From Parcubacteria group bacterium (lineage in GTDB: Bacteria > Patescibacteriota > Minisyncoccia > Moranbacterales > GCA-2747515): 64,000 nt of DNA. The position numbers were made by a program, and so were the translations under genes. Shown here in pieces: positions 56,020-64,000 of the stretch (its first letter is position 1; the number at the start of each line of letters is the position of its first letter). Below the pieces are notes generated by a model that was not told the DNA's origin, ran no database searches, and saw only the letters and a program-made list of their open reading frames with translations. The stretch lies in the NCBI GenBank assembly GCA_041660065.1, contig JBAZXC010000001.1:8535-72534 (forward strand), written 5' to 3'.

Positions 56020-57999
56020 TTATTTTTTTGCAAAAGGAATGATGATGATGTAGTTGTCCGGACGGTCGTTGATATTTAGTCGCCATGCCGGATGGGCAAA
56101 TGTTTCCGCGCTGTAATAGAAATCTCGATCAACTTTTTTCTGAGAGTCGGTGGTTGTGATCAAGAATGGTTTGTGGATGACCCCACGGCGCGTAAAGACG
56201 AAATAACCAATATCCGTGTGATCCAGGTCGATCGTGATAGGACTGATGCACTTGCCGATAAAGAATTCACAAAGTCCGTCATGGTCAGACCACACGATCA
56301 AGTCACGCGCATTGGGCAGTGTATTGAGATACATCGCGGCCTCATATACGCCATATCCCCACGAATCAGTGACGGTGTATTTTTTTGGCAAGAGGATACT
56401 TTCGTAATTGAATAAATACGGTGCGCTGCCAAAGAGAGCAATGCTTTGCATGATGATAATGATAGCGAGGAGTATAGGAAATTCTTTTTTATTATGAAAT
56501 TTTTGCGGTAAGACGTCGTGTAACATATGGGTCAGTATAATTGCAGCAAGGACAGCATAAGGCACATAAAGCATGAGACCATAGCGCACATTGACAAAGA
56601 TGTCTGATAGTATACCACCACCGACAAATATGATTGTTGCAATAAACGGGAAATATACCATGGGTTGATGCGGAATTTTTTTGTTCCACAAAAGAAAAAC
56701 GGCTGTACATATGCTTAGCAGAAGAACAAGCGGATGCAAAGAAAAGATCACGTTTTGCATTTGAATTGCAATTGCAAAAAGTGTGTGAAGTGGTTCACTG
56801 TATTGTGCCAATTGCGGAAATGATAGTTTTTCAAGTTGTTGTGATGATTCCTTGATGTTTTCAAGAGGAAAAAACGGGGTTCTTGTCCACGCATTGATCA
56901 GTGAAATACTGATGATCGCAATGTACAGTACAAGTATTGTCTTGAGGATAATGTGTGTCGTTTTTTTGAAACGTGTGGTGAGCCATGCACCGATGAAAGG
57001 AAGGATAATGGTCAAAATTCCAAAAACGATCATTGATAACAGGAAAAGAGGAATTGTGCGAAAATCATCTTTGGCGGTAAAAAAAAGATCGTGTGAATGT
57101 GAGAGGGAGATAAAAGGATTGGCGAGTACGGAGAGAACGGGGGAATAAATCGTGCCGTAGAGGAAGTGTGCGGGATTTTGGATCGTTGCCGGCAAAAAGA
57201 GTGCATAGAGCAGCCATGACGAAAAAGCAATTGTGGCAATCGCTTTGACATAGGACAGGAAGGAAATTATTTTTTCGCTGTAAAATGTGTGAAGCACAAA
57301 TATGATCGGATAAAAAACAAAGAGTAAATTCGCAGTGTATTTTGAGAGTAATGCACATCCTGTCGCGACAGCACAGATAAAAACAAATTTCTTTTGTCCG
57401 TGTGTGAGAAATGCATAAAAACTGATAAGAGCAATAGCAGAAGTGCCCCAAAGGATCGCGTCAGGGTTGATGATTTGGCTGATCCCAATGAGTATGGGAT
57501 TGAGCCCGATCAGAAGGATGGAGATCTGCGCAATGCGAATGCCAAAGGCTTTTAGTAGAAGATAAAACAAAAGCGGGAGAAGGATCAGCGCATTAAAAAG
57601 GAGGATTGGTGTGCGCAATGCGAAATTGATGCGTTCCGTCTGTTCTGTAAAAGAAACGTCATATAGTTTCACAGAATTTCCATCACTGTCAGTATATCGT
57701 GTGGACTCCTCCACTGCGATATTGCTGTGTCCTTGCGGATCCGGCGCAAAGGGTAAACCTAAACCGCTGAGCAGTGCAACGGTGATGCCAGGCTTGTCAT
57801 TGATGCGGGTTTTTTTCCAATCATTTTTTGTGATGCCGTCGTGGAGTCCCGTGTAATATTTTTGAATGCGATCGTATTTCCAAAAATGTTCGTCAGTTGT
57901 TTCAAATTTTGACAAGTGAAAAAATCCAAAGGCAACGAAACCGATCATTGCAACAAAAAGTGGGAGTGTAGCGAAAATTTTTTCTTTATTGAGATGCAT
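56020..57999 (-). CDS. GT-C fold polytopic membrane glycosyltransferase (PMT/ArnT-like), tandem paralog 1
   Basis: ~14 TM plus C-terminal soluble domain. N-terminal loop FETTDEHFWKYDRIQKYY...DWKKTRINDKPGITVALLSGLG is shared with the next gene. Confidence 0.5.
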   Translation of the reverse strand: MHLNKEKIFATLPLFVAMIGFVAFGFFHLSKFETTDEHFWKYDRIQKYYTGLHDGITKNDWKKTRINDKPGITVALLSGLGLPFAPDPQGHSNIAVEESTRYTDSDGNSVKLYDVSFTEQTERINFALRTPILLFNALILLPLLFYLLLKAFGIRIAQISILLIGLNPILIGISQIINPDAILWGTSAIALISFYAFLTHGQKKFVFICAVATGCALLSKYTANLLFVFYPIIFVLHTFYSEKIISFLSYVKAIATIAFSSWLLYALFLPATIQNPAHFLYGTIYSPVLSVLANPFISLSHSHDLFFTAKDDFRTIPLFLLSMIVFGILTIILPFIGAWLTTRFKKTTHIILKTILVLYIAIISISLINAWTRTPFFPLENIKESSQQLEKLSFPQLAQYSEPLHTLFAIAIQMQNVIFSLHPLVLLLSICTAVFLLWNKKIPHQPMVYFPFIATIIFVGGGILSDIFVNVRYGLMLYVPYAVLAAIILTHMLHDVLPQKFHNKKEFPILLAIIIIMQSIALFGSAPYLFNYESILLPKKYTVTDSWGYGVYEAAMYLNTLPNARDLIVWSDHDGLCEFFIGKCISPITIDLDHTDIGYFVFTRRGVIHKPFLITTTDSQKKVDRDFYYSAETFAHPAWRLNINDRPDNYIIIIPFAKK

Positions 58000-60247
58000 T
58001 GTTTTTATCTAAAATGACCAGATCATCTCCCGAGATGATGCGAATATAATTTGCGCGTCGATTTCCTGGGGAAATCTCATAGATGCTGTTCGGATAATCG
58101 TACAAACGATCCAGCCGGAGAGGATAGGAAGGGTCTGCTTCAAGTCGTTGTTCCGTAATGCGTTTCGTGCCATATTCACTGCCGCGAGAAATGACATAAT
58201 AGTCATAATCAGTGCCATTTTCATCAAATTCATTGAGATGCACGCGACTATTGCAATAGCCGACAAAAAAGACGCAAACGCCGTTTTTGTCCGACCATAT
58301 CTTGAGATCGCGTGCATGAGGCAATGTGTTGAGATATTCTGAAATTTCATAACTACCGTCACCCATATCTTTTGGATTGACGATGTATGCATTTGGCAAA
58401 AGCATGCTCGTATAGCTAAAATAAAATGGCTTAACTGTCCAAAGTGTGTATAGTGATGTCGCAGCAAACAAAAATGTGACGATGATAAAAAGTGTAGGAA
58501 ATTTTAACTTAGTCCACATGTAGTGCCATCCATATGCTGCGATGACAAAAAAGAGTGGATAAAGAATGATTTGATAACGTGTTGTTGCCGCGATGAGGCT
58601 GATCGCTGAACCGGCATAAAATACAATAATAAAGAGCATCGTATGCCACAAAAAAGTATGATCAAATTTTTTGATCGTGCGATCAAATGATGCGATGATC
58701 GCACAAAAGACACCAACAAGTATAATGGGAGATATGGAATAGATCATCGCATAGAATCCGGAAGAAAAAACTGCAAGAATGGAAAATTGGGAAGTGCTCT
58801 TGGGTGCTGCGAGGAGTCTTTCAAAGTTTGTCAGAAACATATGTGCACTTGCGTTTACGATGACAGTGATCATGATGATCGCAAAAATCGTGGAAACTGT
58901 GTAGAAAAAAAATACACGATATTTTTTGCATAGTGTAATGATCCAAATGAAAATTTGTGAACGAAGAAAAAAGTGATCAGCCAAAAAAATGACACAAAAT
59001 CCTAAAAATGGTTTCCACACAGGGGTAAATGCCTCGCTCCCGATCGTTGCAAGAAGTAGTCGATTCGGTATGAGCCATGTACCGGGAAAGAGAATATAAA
59101 AAGTTGTGAGTGCAAGAAATAATATGATGCCGATGTCAATGATCTTATTGCGGAGATAGGTATATGTGTCAATCGTATCTTTACTGAAGAGAAAACCTGA
59201 AAAGATCTCAAGAATAAAAAATACAATAAAAAGATTGGCGATGTATTTGGTGAGGAGGGATAATCCCAACAAAACACCGGTGCTGTAGAGCCATGAACGT
59301 GTCCGTTTTTTGAGATATAAAAAATAGCACAAAAAGGTCAATGGCATAAAAACCCAACTGAGTGCATCGGGATTGATGAGGCGTGATATGCCGATGAGAA
59401 TTGGCGATAAGCCGATCATCAGCGTTGCAAGAGTCGCCGTTTTTTGTCCAAACAGTTTATGAATGAATATGAAAAATAATATGATCATGATCCCACAAAA
59501 AATGAGCGTTGGGAGTCGCATGATGTAGAGCATCTGTGCAAGTTTTGGACCGTTGTCAAAATTATGATAAAAATCAGATGGTGTGGTCCATAGTAAGCCA
59601 ACACCGGAGATCATTGCCAATGTGACGCCGGGCTTGTCGCTTGGACGCGTATTTTTCCAGTCACGTTGTAAAATGTTCGGATAATACTTTTCAATACGGG
59701 ATTCCTCACCGTATGTCCAGAGTTTTTCATCTACAAAAGATCCTTTGTTCAAACGAAATAGTCCAAAAAAAATGAAACATAACACGATTGCAAGTGTGAA
59801 TGTTATATTGAATGGTGTGAATATTTTTTCTACATGTTGTTGGGACGGTATGTCAATGTCAGATGTGATCGTGCGATGCGTGTCGATTTGGTAGAGGAGA
59901 TAACCGATTAGACCAATGAACCAGAGGCCAACAGAAAGATAAAAGATATAATGGATCGCGCCGGTAATAAAAAAAGCAATACAAAATGCACAAATGGATG
60001 GTGCAGTGATTGTAAAAAAAAGGAGAATCTTCTTGTGCAATGTGTAATAACAATAAAAAGATATATAGCCAGAAGTGATAAAGAAAAGTGCATAAAAGAT
60101 CTTGAGTGAGGAAAAAATATGTAATGCACGTAGAGCGTCAACTTTATGCACAATAATGACCAGTGTGATAAAAAATAACAGTGCAGAAAGAACGATTGAT
60201 CGAGGACTAAACCGTGGGATAGTTTGCATACTTATCCAAAAAAACAT
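57986..60247 (-). CDS. GT-C fold polytopic membrane glycosyltransferase, tandem paralog 2
   Basis: Loop SFVDEKLWTYGEESRIEKYY...DWKNTRPSDKPGVTLAMISGVG aligns with the 56020..57999 protein. 753 aa. Confidence 0.5.
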   Translation of the reverse strand: MFFWISMQTIPRFSPRSIVLSALLFFITLVIIVHKVDALRALHIFSSLKIFYALFFITSGYISFYCYYTLHKKILLFFTITAPSICAFCIAFFITGAIHYIFYLSVGLWFIGLIGYLLYQIDTHRTITSDIDIPSQQHVEKIFTPFNITFTLAIVLCFIFFGLFRLNKGSFVDEKLWTYGEESRIEKYYPNILQRDWKNTRPSDKPGVTLAMISGVGLLWTTPSDFYHNFDNGPKLAQMLYIMRLPTLIFCGIMIILFFIFIHKLFGQKTATLATLMIGLSPILIGISRLINPDALSWVFMPLTFLCYFLYLKKRTRSWLYSTGVLLGLSLLTKYIANLFIVFFILEIFSGFLFSKDTIDTYTYLRNKIIDIGIILFLALTTFYILFPGTWLIPNRLLLATIGSEAFTPVWKPFLGFCVIFLADHFFLRSQIFIWIITLCKKYRVFFFYTVSTIFAIIMITVIVNASAHMFLTNFERLLAAPKSTSQFSILAVFSSGFYAMIYSISPIILVGVFCAIIASFDRTIKKFDHTFLWHTMLFIIVFYAGSAISLIAATTRYQIILYPLFFVIAAYGWHYMWTKLKFPTLFIIVTFLFAATSLYTLWTVKPFYFSYTSMLLPNAYIVNPKDMGDGSYEISEYLNTLPHARDLKIWSDKNGVCVFFVGYCNSRVHLNEFDENGTDYDYYVISRGSEYGTKRITEQRLEADPSYPLRLDRLYDYPNSIYEISPGNRRANYIRIISGDDLVILDKNNASQ

Positions 60248-60278
60248 ATTATTACAATACGTTCAGTATAGATGAAAT

Positions 60279-62042
60279 ATGGGTAAAATCAAGGATATCG
60301 CAAACAAAGCATCGCAGTATAAATATACATGTGTTTTATTGGGTATTATTTTCGCGATGGGTATTTTCTTGCGTGTTTTCCATTTCAGTGTGTGGATGCC
60401 ATTTGAGCTTGATCAAGCGCGGGATGTTTTTGTGATCTATGATGCGGTGCACGGAGGTTTCGATCATTTGCCTCTTTTGGGTCCGCAAGCGCGAGGCAGG
60501 GAATTGTTTCTCGGGCCGATTTTTTATTATTTCGGATTTTTTGCGAGCATGATCTTTGGCGTGTCGCCGGAAGCCGTGGCTTTGCCTGATCTATTTTTTT
60601 CACTATGTGCGATCCCTTTATTTTATTTGTTTGCACGATTGTTCTTTTCTCGTTTTGTCAGTGTATCACTCACGGCAATTGTGGCGACGTCGTTATTTTT
60701 GGTGACATATGGGCGTTTTGCATGGAATCCAAACGGGATGTTTTTTTGGTCGCTTGTTACTTTTTATGGGTTATTGCGTGCATATGAGCAAAAAATTTTT
60801 CATGCAAAATGGCTTATTGTTTTTATCTGTGGCATAAGCGTGTTGACACAATTGCATTTCATCGGATTTATTGTTGCGCCGCTTGTTGCGATCGTGTATA
60901 TGGTCATGACAAAAATGCGTATTCCATTCCGTGTGTTCATAATGGCAGTGTGTATCATTTCTCTTTTTTACATGCCGGTCATTATCAGTGAAGTGCATAC
61001 GCATGGACATAATACGCGCATGTTTTTTTCTTCTGTTGCAATGAGTGAAGATGCGGAATCCGATGCAAATGTCGCATCGGATCTTGAACACGACATTGTG
61101 GAAAAAGCTTTTCGTTATATCCAGGAGTCAAGTACGTTTTACTGGAATATTCTCAGTGCGGATAACAATGGAAGAAAAAATATTCGTACAGACAAAAAGA
61201 ATCACGGGTATTTCCCGTTGGTCTGTGATGCGCAGTGTAAAAAGGCTTTGCCACATCATATTTTTGCGCTAAGTTCTTTCGGTGTGTCGCTTTGTGTTTT
61301 TTTCTATACATTATATATTTTTTATCGCAAACCCAAAGAATTTGATGCGGAATATTTAGGAAAAAGAAAACGCCTTCTCCTGGTCTTTCTTTGGCTGATC
61401 TTTGGGAGTGCATTTCTTACATTGGTTGCATATCAAATTTCTCCGCGATTCTTTCTTTTTCTCGCGACGCCATTTCTTATCATCCTTGGTGTCCTTTTGG
61501 AAGCAGTGCTAGGGTGGGGAAAGTACGGGAGGATGGTTGTTGGCATGATCGTTATTGCTTTTGTTACGACAAATCTGACGATGTCGTGGCGGTATTTTTC
61601 CGCGATCGATCAAGCACAGACTATCGCTGATCCGGCAGAATGGCATGATATCGCGATGAATCGTGATGATATCGTGACATTGTCTCAATTGCGTATGGCA
61701 GGTGAATTCATTGAGTCTGCTAAGGATGCGCAGGAGTCATTTATGATCGTGGGCGATAATCGTTATGCGCGTGCATTGTATTATATCGTTACGATTGAAC
61801 AAGGTGATGATCGGGCGTTATGTTACATGAAACGAGGCGGTTTTGATGTGGCGGATACACGCGGTATGACATATTTTGTTTTAGCAAAAATGGGATCTTC
61901 TATGCAACTAAACACAGAGATGCTTGCAACACACTCCATACAAAAACAAAAGGATTTTGGCACAATTGCTCTTTATAAACTTGTGCCGCATGAGCGTAGT
62001 ACGATCGTAAATGATCTTTCTTCGCGATGTTTTGTGCGGTGA
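60279..62042 (+). CDS. GT-C fold polytopic membrane glycosyltransferase with ELDQARD...LLGP...LGPIFYY first-loop motif
   Basis: 587 aa, multi-TM, C-terminal soluble domain. Motif is shared with the gene starting at 63732. Confidence 0.5.
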   Translation: MGKIKDIANKASQYKYTCVLLGIIFAMGIFLRVFHFSVWMPFELDQARDVFVIYDAVHGGFDHLPLLGPQARGRELFLGPIFYYFGFFASMIFGVSPEAVALPDLFFSLCAIPLFYLFARLFFSRFVSVSLTAIVATSLFLVTYGRFAWNPNGMFFWSLVTFYGLLRAYEQKIFHAKWLIVFICGISVLTQLHFIGFIVAPLVAIVYMVMTKMRIPFRVFIMAVCIISLFYMPVIISEVHTHGHNTRMFFSSVAMSEDAESDANVASDLEHDIVEKAFRYIQESSTFYWNILSADNNGRKNIRTDKKNHGYFPLVCDAQCKKALPHHIFALSSFGVSLCVFFYTLYIFYRKPKEFDAEYLGKRKRLLLVFLWLIFGSAFLTLVAYQISPRFFLFLATPFLIILGVLLEAVLGWGKYGRMVVGMIVIAFVTTNLTMSWRYFSAIDQAQTIADPAEWHDIAMNRDDIVTLSQLRMAGEFIESAKDAQESFMIVGDNRYARALYYIVTIEQGDDRALCYMKRGGFDVADTRGMTYFVLAKMGSSMQLNTEMLATHSIQKQKDFGTIALYKLVPHERSTIVNDLSSRCFVR

Positions 62043-62104
62043 TAATGCAATTGCAAAAAGGATCAAAAAACCATACAATGGATATATAATCATCTCATTA
62101 TTTT

Positions 62105-63682
62105 ATGCAAAAGATCATCGAAGAATTGACCGCACATCGTCGATTTTATATAGGGTTGTTTGGTGTGATCATGCTCGCGACGTTTCTGCGTTTATGGGGA
62201 TTGGGTAATGTGCCATTTGTCGCTGATGAGTTTTTGGACGTGAATGCGACATATGGATATTTCAAGACGGGAGAGTGGCAGGCGTGGGATTTCAATCATG
62301 GTGAACCAAGTTTGCGTCTCAATGAGGCAAGTGATGGGCGTGCGTGGATCTATCGATGGCAAGTGGCGCAACTATATCATTATTTGCCACCGACTGAATT
62401 TACCATTCGTTTGGTCAGTGCGCTATGGGGAATTCTTACGACGATTATTTTATATTTTGTCACACTCAGTTATACCAAAAATCGGTGGATTGCATTTATA
62501 GCAGCATTTCTCTGGGCGGTAAGTGTGCCGGCGATCGAAATCAATCGTAAGATCAGGATGTACAGCATGTTCGCACCAGTCTTTTTGCTTTTTATGTGGA
62601 GTCTTTTCCAATTCATTGAATCCACGATCGTGTCCACGGTTCAATCTGGGGCTAGTCGTGGATTTATGCAGTCATTTTTTGCTGTGCGGTGGCCTTATAT
62701 TGTGCCGGTGATCTTGTTTGGTGCATTGGCGATGCATTTGCATGCATTGACTGGAAACTTCGTTTTGGTAGTTGTTGTATATTTTGTTGTGATGATCTAT
62801 TGCGGAGGTGAGGGTGTCATGCGACAACGATATATGGCATATGCTGGCGTCATTGGTGTGGGGCTTTTGTTGATAAAATTCGTGCGTCCGGCGGATTGGG
62901 TATATTTTATACAAAGTTTGTCCATTACGGAACATGTGAGTTATATGGGACATATTTTGCGCAACTATTGGCATCCCCTTCTTGGTGGAGCGGTAATGAT
63001 TTTGGGTACATGGGTTTTAGTACGGGATAAAGAACATATGCGCGCGGGCGTGTGGATTGGATGCTCTTTTTTTGTCAGTCTCTTTATGGCGATGTTTTTT
63101 TGGTCACGCAATGTGGGGGCGCAATATATCTTTTTTGCACAACCGTTTGGACTCATCCTTGCATCTGCCGGTATCGTATATCTCGCGGAATATGCACAAA
63201 AGATCACGCAAAAAAGAAAAGTATTTTTCTTTGTGCTTTTTGCGTGTTGCGTGTTTCTGCCGAATTATGGGTATTTTTTGGAGGAAAACAATACATATCA
63301 TATTACCGCGCAGGCGGATACGGTGGATTATCGCAAGGTGTTTGATTATGTAAAACGCAACTACACAAGTGGGGAGGTGCTTATTACGCGTAATTTTCGT
63401 AATTATTATTGGAGTGGACTTGATGCGCAGGTGTTTGATTTTGGCTCGGAGCGTGCGGAAGAACAATTGGTACAAGAGGGCAAGGTCAAAAAGATCACGT
63501 TTGCATACGTGCAAGAGATCGTGCAAAGTCATCCTGCAGGATGGGTGGTCATTGCTGACAACGATGAGACATTTATAGAAAAAGAAGCGCAAGAGTATTT
63601 TGATGCAAGCTTTGAGCGTGTAAAGGGCTCATCACTGCTCAATGGTGATGTGCGTGTGTATCGATGGGGTTCTAGGGATTAA
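62105..63682 (+). CDS. GT-C fold membrane glycosyltransferase (GT39/PMT_2-like)
   Basis: LRLWGLGNVPFVADEFLDV (acidic DE loop), RKIRMYSMFAP, 11+ TM, C-terminal soluble domain. Confidence 0.55.
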   Translation: MQKIIEELTAHRRFYIGLFGVIMLATFLRLWGLGNVPFVADEFLDVNATYGYFKTGEWQAWDFNHGEPSLRLNEASDGRAWIYRWQVAQLYHYLPPTEFTIRLVSALWGILTTIILYFVTLSYTKNRWIAFIAAFLWAVSVPAIEINRKIRMYSMFAPVFLLFMWSLFQFIESTIVSTVQSGASRGFMQSFFAVRWPYIVPVILFGALAMHLHALTGNFVLVVVVYFVVMIYCGGEGVMRQRYMAYAGVIGVGLLLIKFVRPADWVYFIQSLSITEHVSYMGHILRNYWHPLLGGAVMILGTWVLVRDKEHMRAGVWIGCSFFVSLFMAMFFWSRNVGAQYIFFAQPFGLILASAGIVYLAEYAQKITQKRKVFFFVLFACCVFLPNYGYFLEENNTYHITAQADTVDYRKVFDYVKRNYTSGEVLITRNFRNYYWSGLDAQVFDFGSERAEEQLVQEGKVKKITFAYVQEIVQSHPAGWVVIADNDETFIEKEAQEYFDASFERVKGSSLLNGDVRVYRWGSRD

Positions 63683-63731
63683 CGAATTAAAGAATTAAAG
63701 GGTTAATGAATTAAGAATTAAAAAATTAAGA
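63677..63731. promoter_or_regulatory. TTAACGA/TTAAG box array (GATTAACGAATTAAAGAATTAAAGGGTTAATGAATTAAGAATTAAAAAATTAAGA) upstream of the next GT-C gene
   Basis: Same family as the other box arrays. Confidence 0.4.
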
Positions 63732-64000
63732 ATGAAAAATATTTTGTATAATAAAATATTTTGGGTCGTTTTGTTGATCGTGGTTGTAGGCGCGTTTTTG
63801 CGTACGTATCATTTTGCTGATTGGATGCATTATCAGTTGGATCAGGCGCGTGATTTTCGCGTGGTGCATGCGGCGATGGAATATGGTCCGGGTGAACTGC
63901 CTTTGCAGGGACCGCGAGCCGCGGGATCGTTTTTACGATTAGGTCCGCTGATGTACTATTTGGAATATGGTAGTGCACTTGTGTTTGGCGATACGCCTGC
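63732..64000 (+). CDS. GT-C fold membrane glycosyltransferase (5' part; continues beyond the window), paralog of 60279..62042
   Basis: MKNILYNKIFWVVLLIVV...HYQLDQARDFRVVHAAMEYGPGELPLQGPRAAGSFLRLGPLMYY. Confidence 0.5.
   Translation, partial: MKNILYNKIFWVVLLIVVVGAFLRTYHFADWMHYQLDQARDFRVVHAAMEYGPGELPLQGPRAAGSFLRLGPLMYYLEYGSALVFGDTP

Noticed and set aside
1-64000. Alternative genetic code (UGA recoding, as in some Patescibacteria lineages)
   Set aside because: UGA terminates several well-conserved genes at the expected C-termini (e.g. 16543-16545, 33753-33755, 34690-34692). Standard code 11 fits.

Overview
The window is densely coding (standard code; UGA is used as a stop, e.g. 16543 and 33753) and dominated by cell-envelope and glycan biosynthesis genes.

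Layout:
- 1..3415: partial DNA-glycosylase-like CDS, two hypotheticals, and a sensor diguanylate cyclase.
- 3540..6560: small accessory block with two copies of a ~130-bp cassette carrying a consensus sigma70 promoter and a GC-rich palindrome, two small orphan genes, tRNA-Gln(CTG), and a two-gene module of a 3-TM small membrane protein plus a RelA/SpoT-type HD hydrolase.
- 6574..21750: truB, GT4 glycosyltransferases, a class A PBP, a membrane-anchored Clp/Hsp100-like ATPase with a degenerate first ATPase domain, a LysM-L,D-transpeptidase with a frame disruption in an A7 tract, and a repeat-flanked GIY-YIG gene.
- 22054..25515: a 1153-aa secreted beta-helix / LCAT-like hydrolase / peptidoglycan-binding protein.
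- 26047..41982: ABC-transporter (Wzm/Wzt)-dependent polysaccharide locus. It carries GT2/GT4 enzymes, a bifunctional GT, an APS-kinase::PAP-phosphatase (CysC-CysQ) fusion followed by a sulfotransferase, and GDP-fucose synthesis (gmd, fcl). It is punctuated by a family of palindromic intergenic repeats that also embed a DUF559 endonuclease gene.
- 42123..64000: SpoIID-domain protein with FYT-type repeats, galE, ugd, GtrB-like and DPM1-like polyprenol-phosphate sugar synthases, a flippase-like protein, and the tail end of a set of at least 8 GT-C-type polytopic membrane glycosyltransferase paralogs (four of them from 56020 to the window end).

Recurrent TTAACGA-type box arrays sit immediately upstream of many genes. 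No CRISPR, rRNA, integrase or transposase was recognised.

Lineage cannot be determined from sequence alone. The gene content (many PMT/ArnT-like GT-C proteins, a small standalone GIY-YIG, a DUF559 embedded in repeats) is compatible with a small-genome Patescibacteria-like bacterium, but that is inference. All family assignments are from motif recognition by eye; no searches were run.
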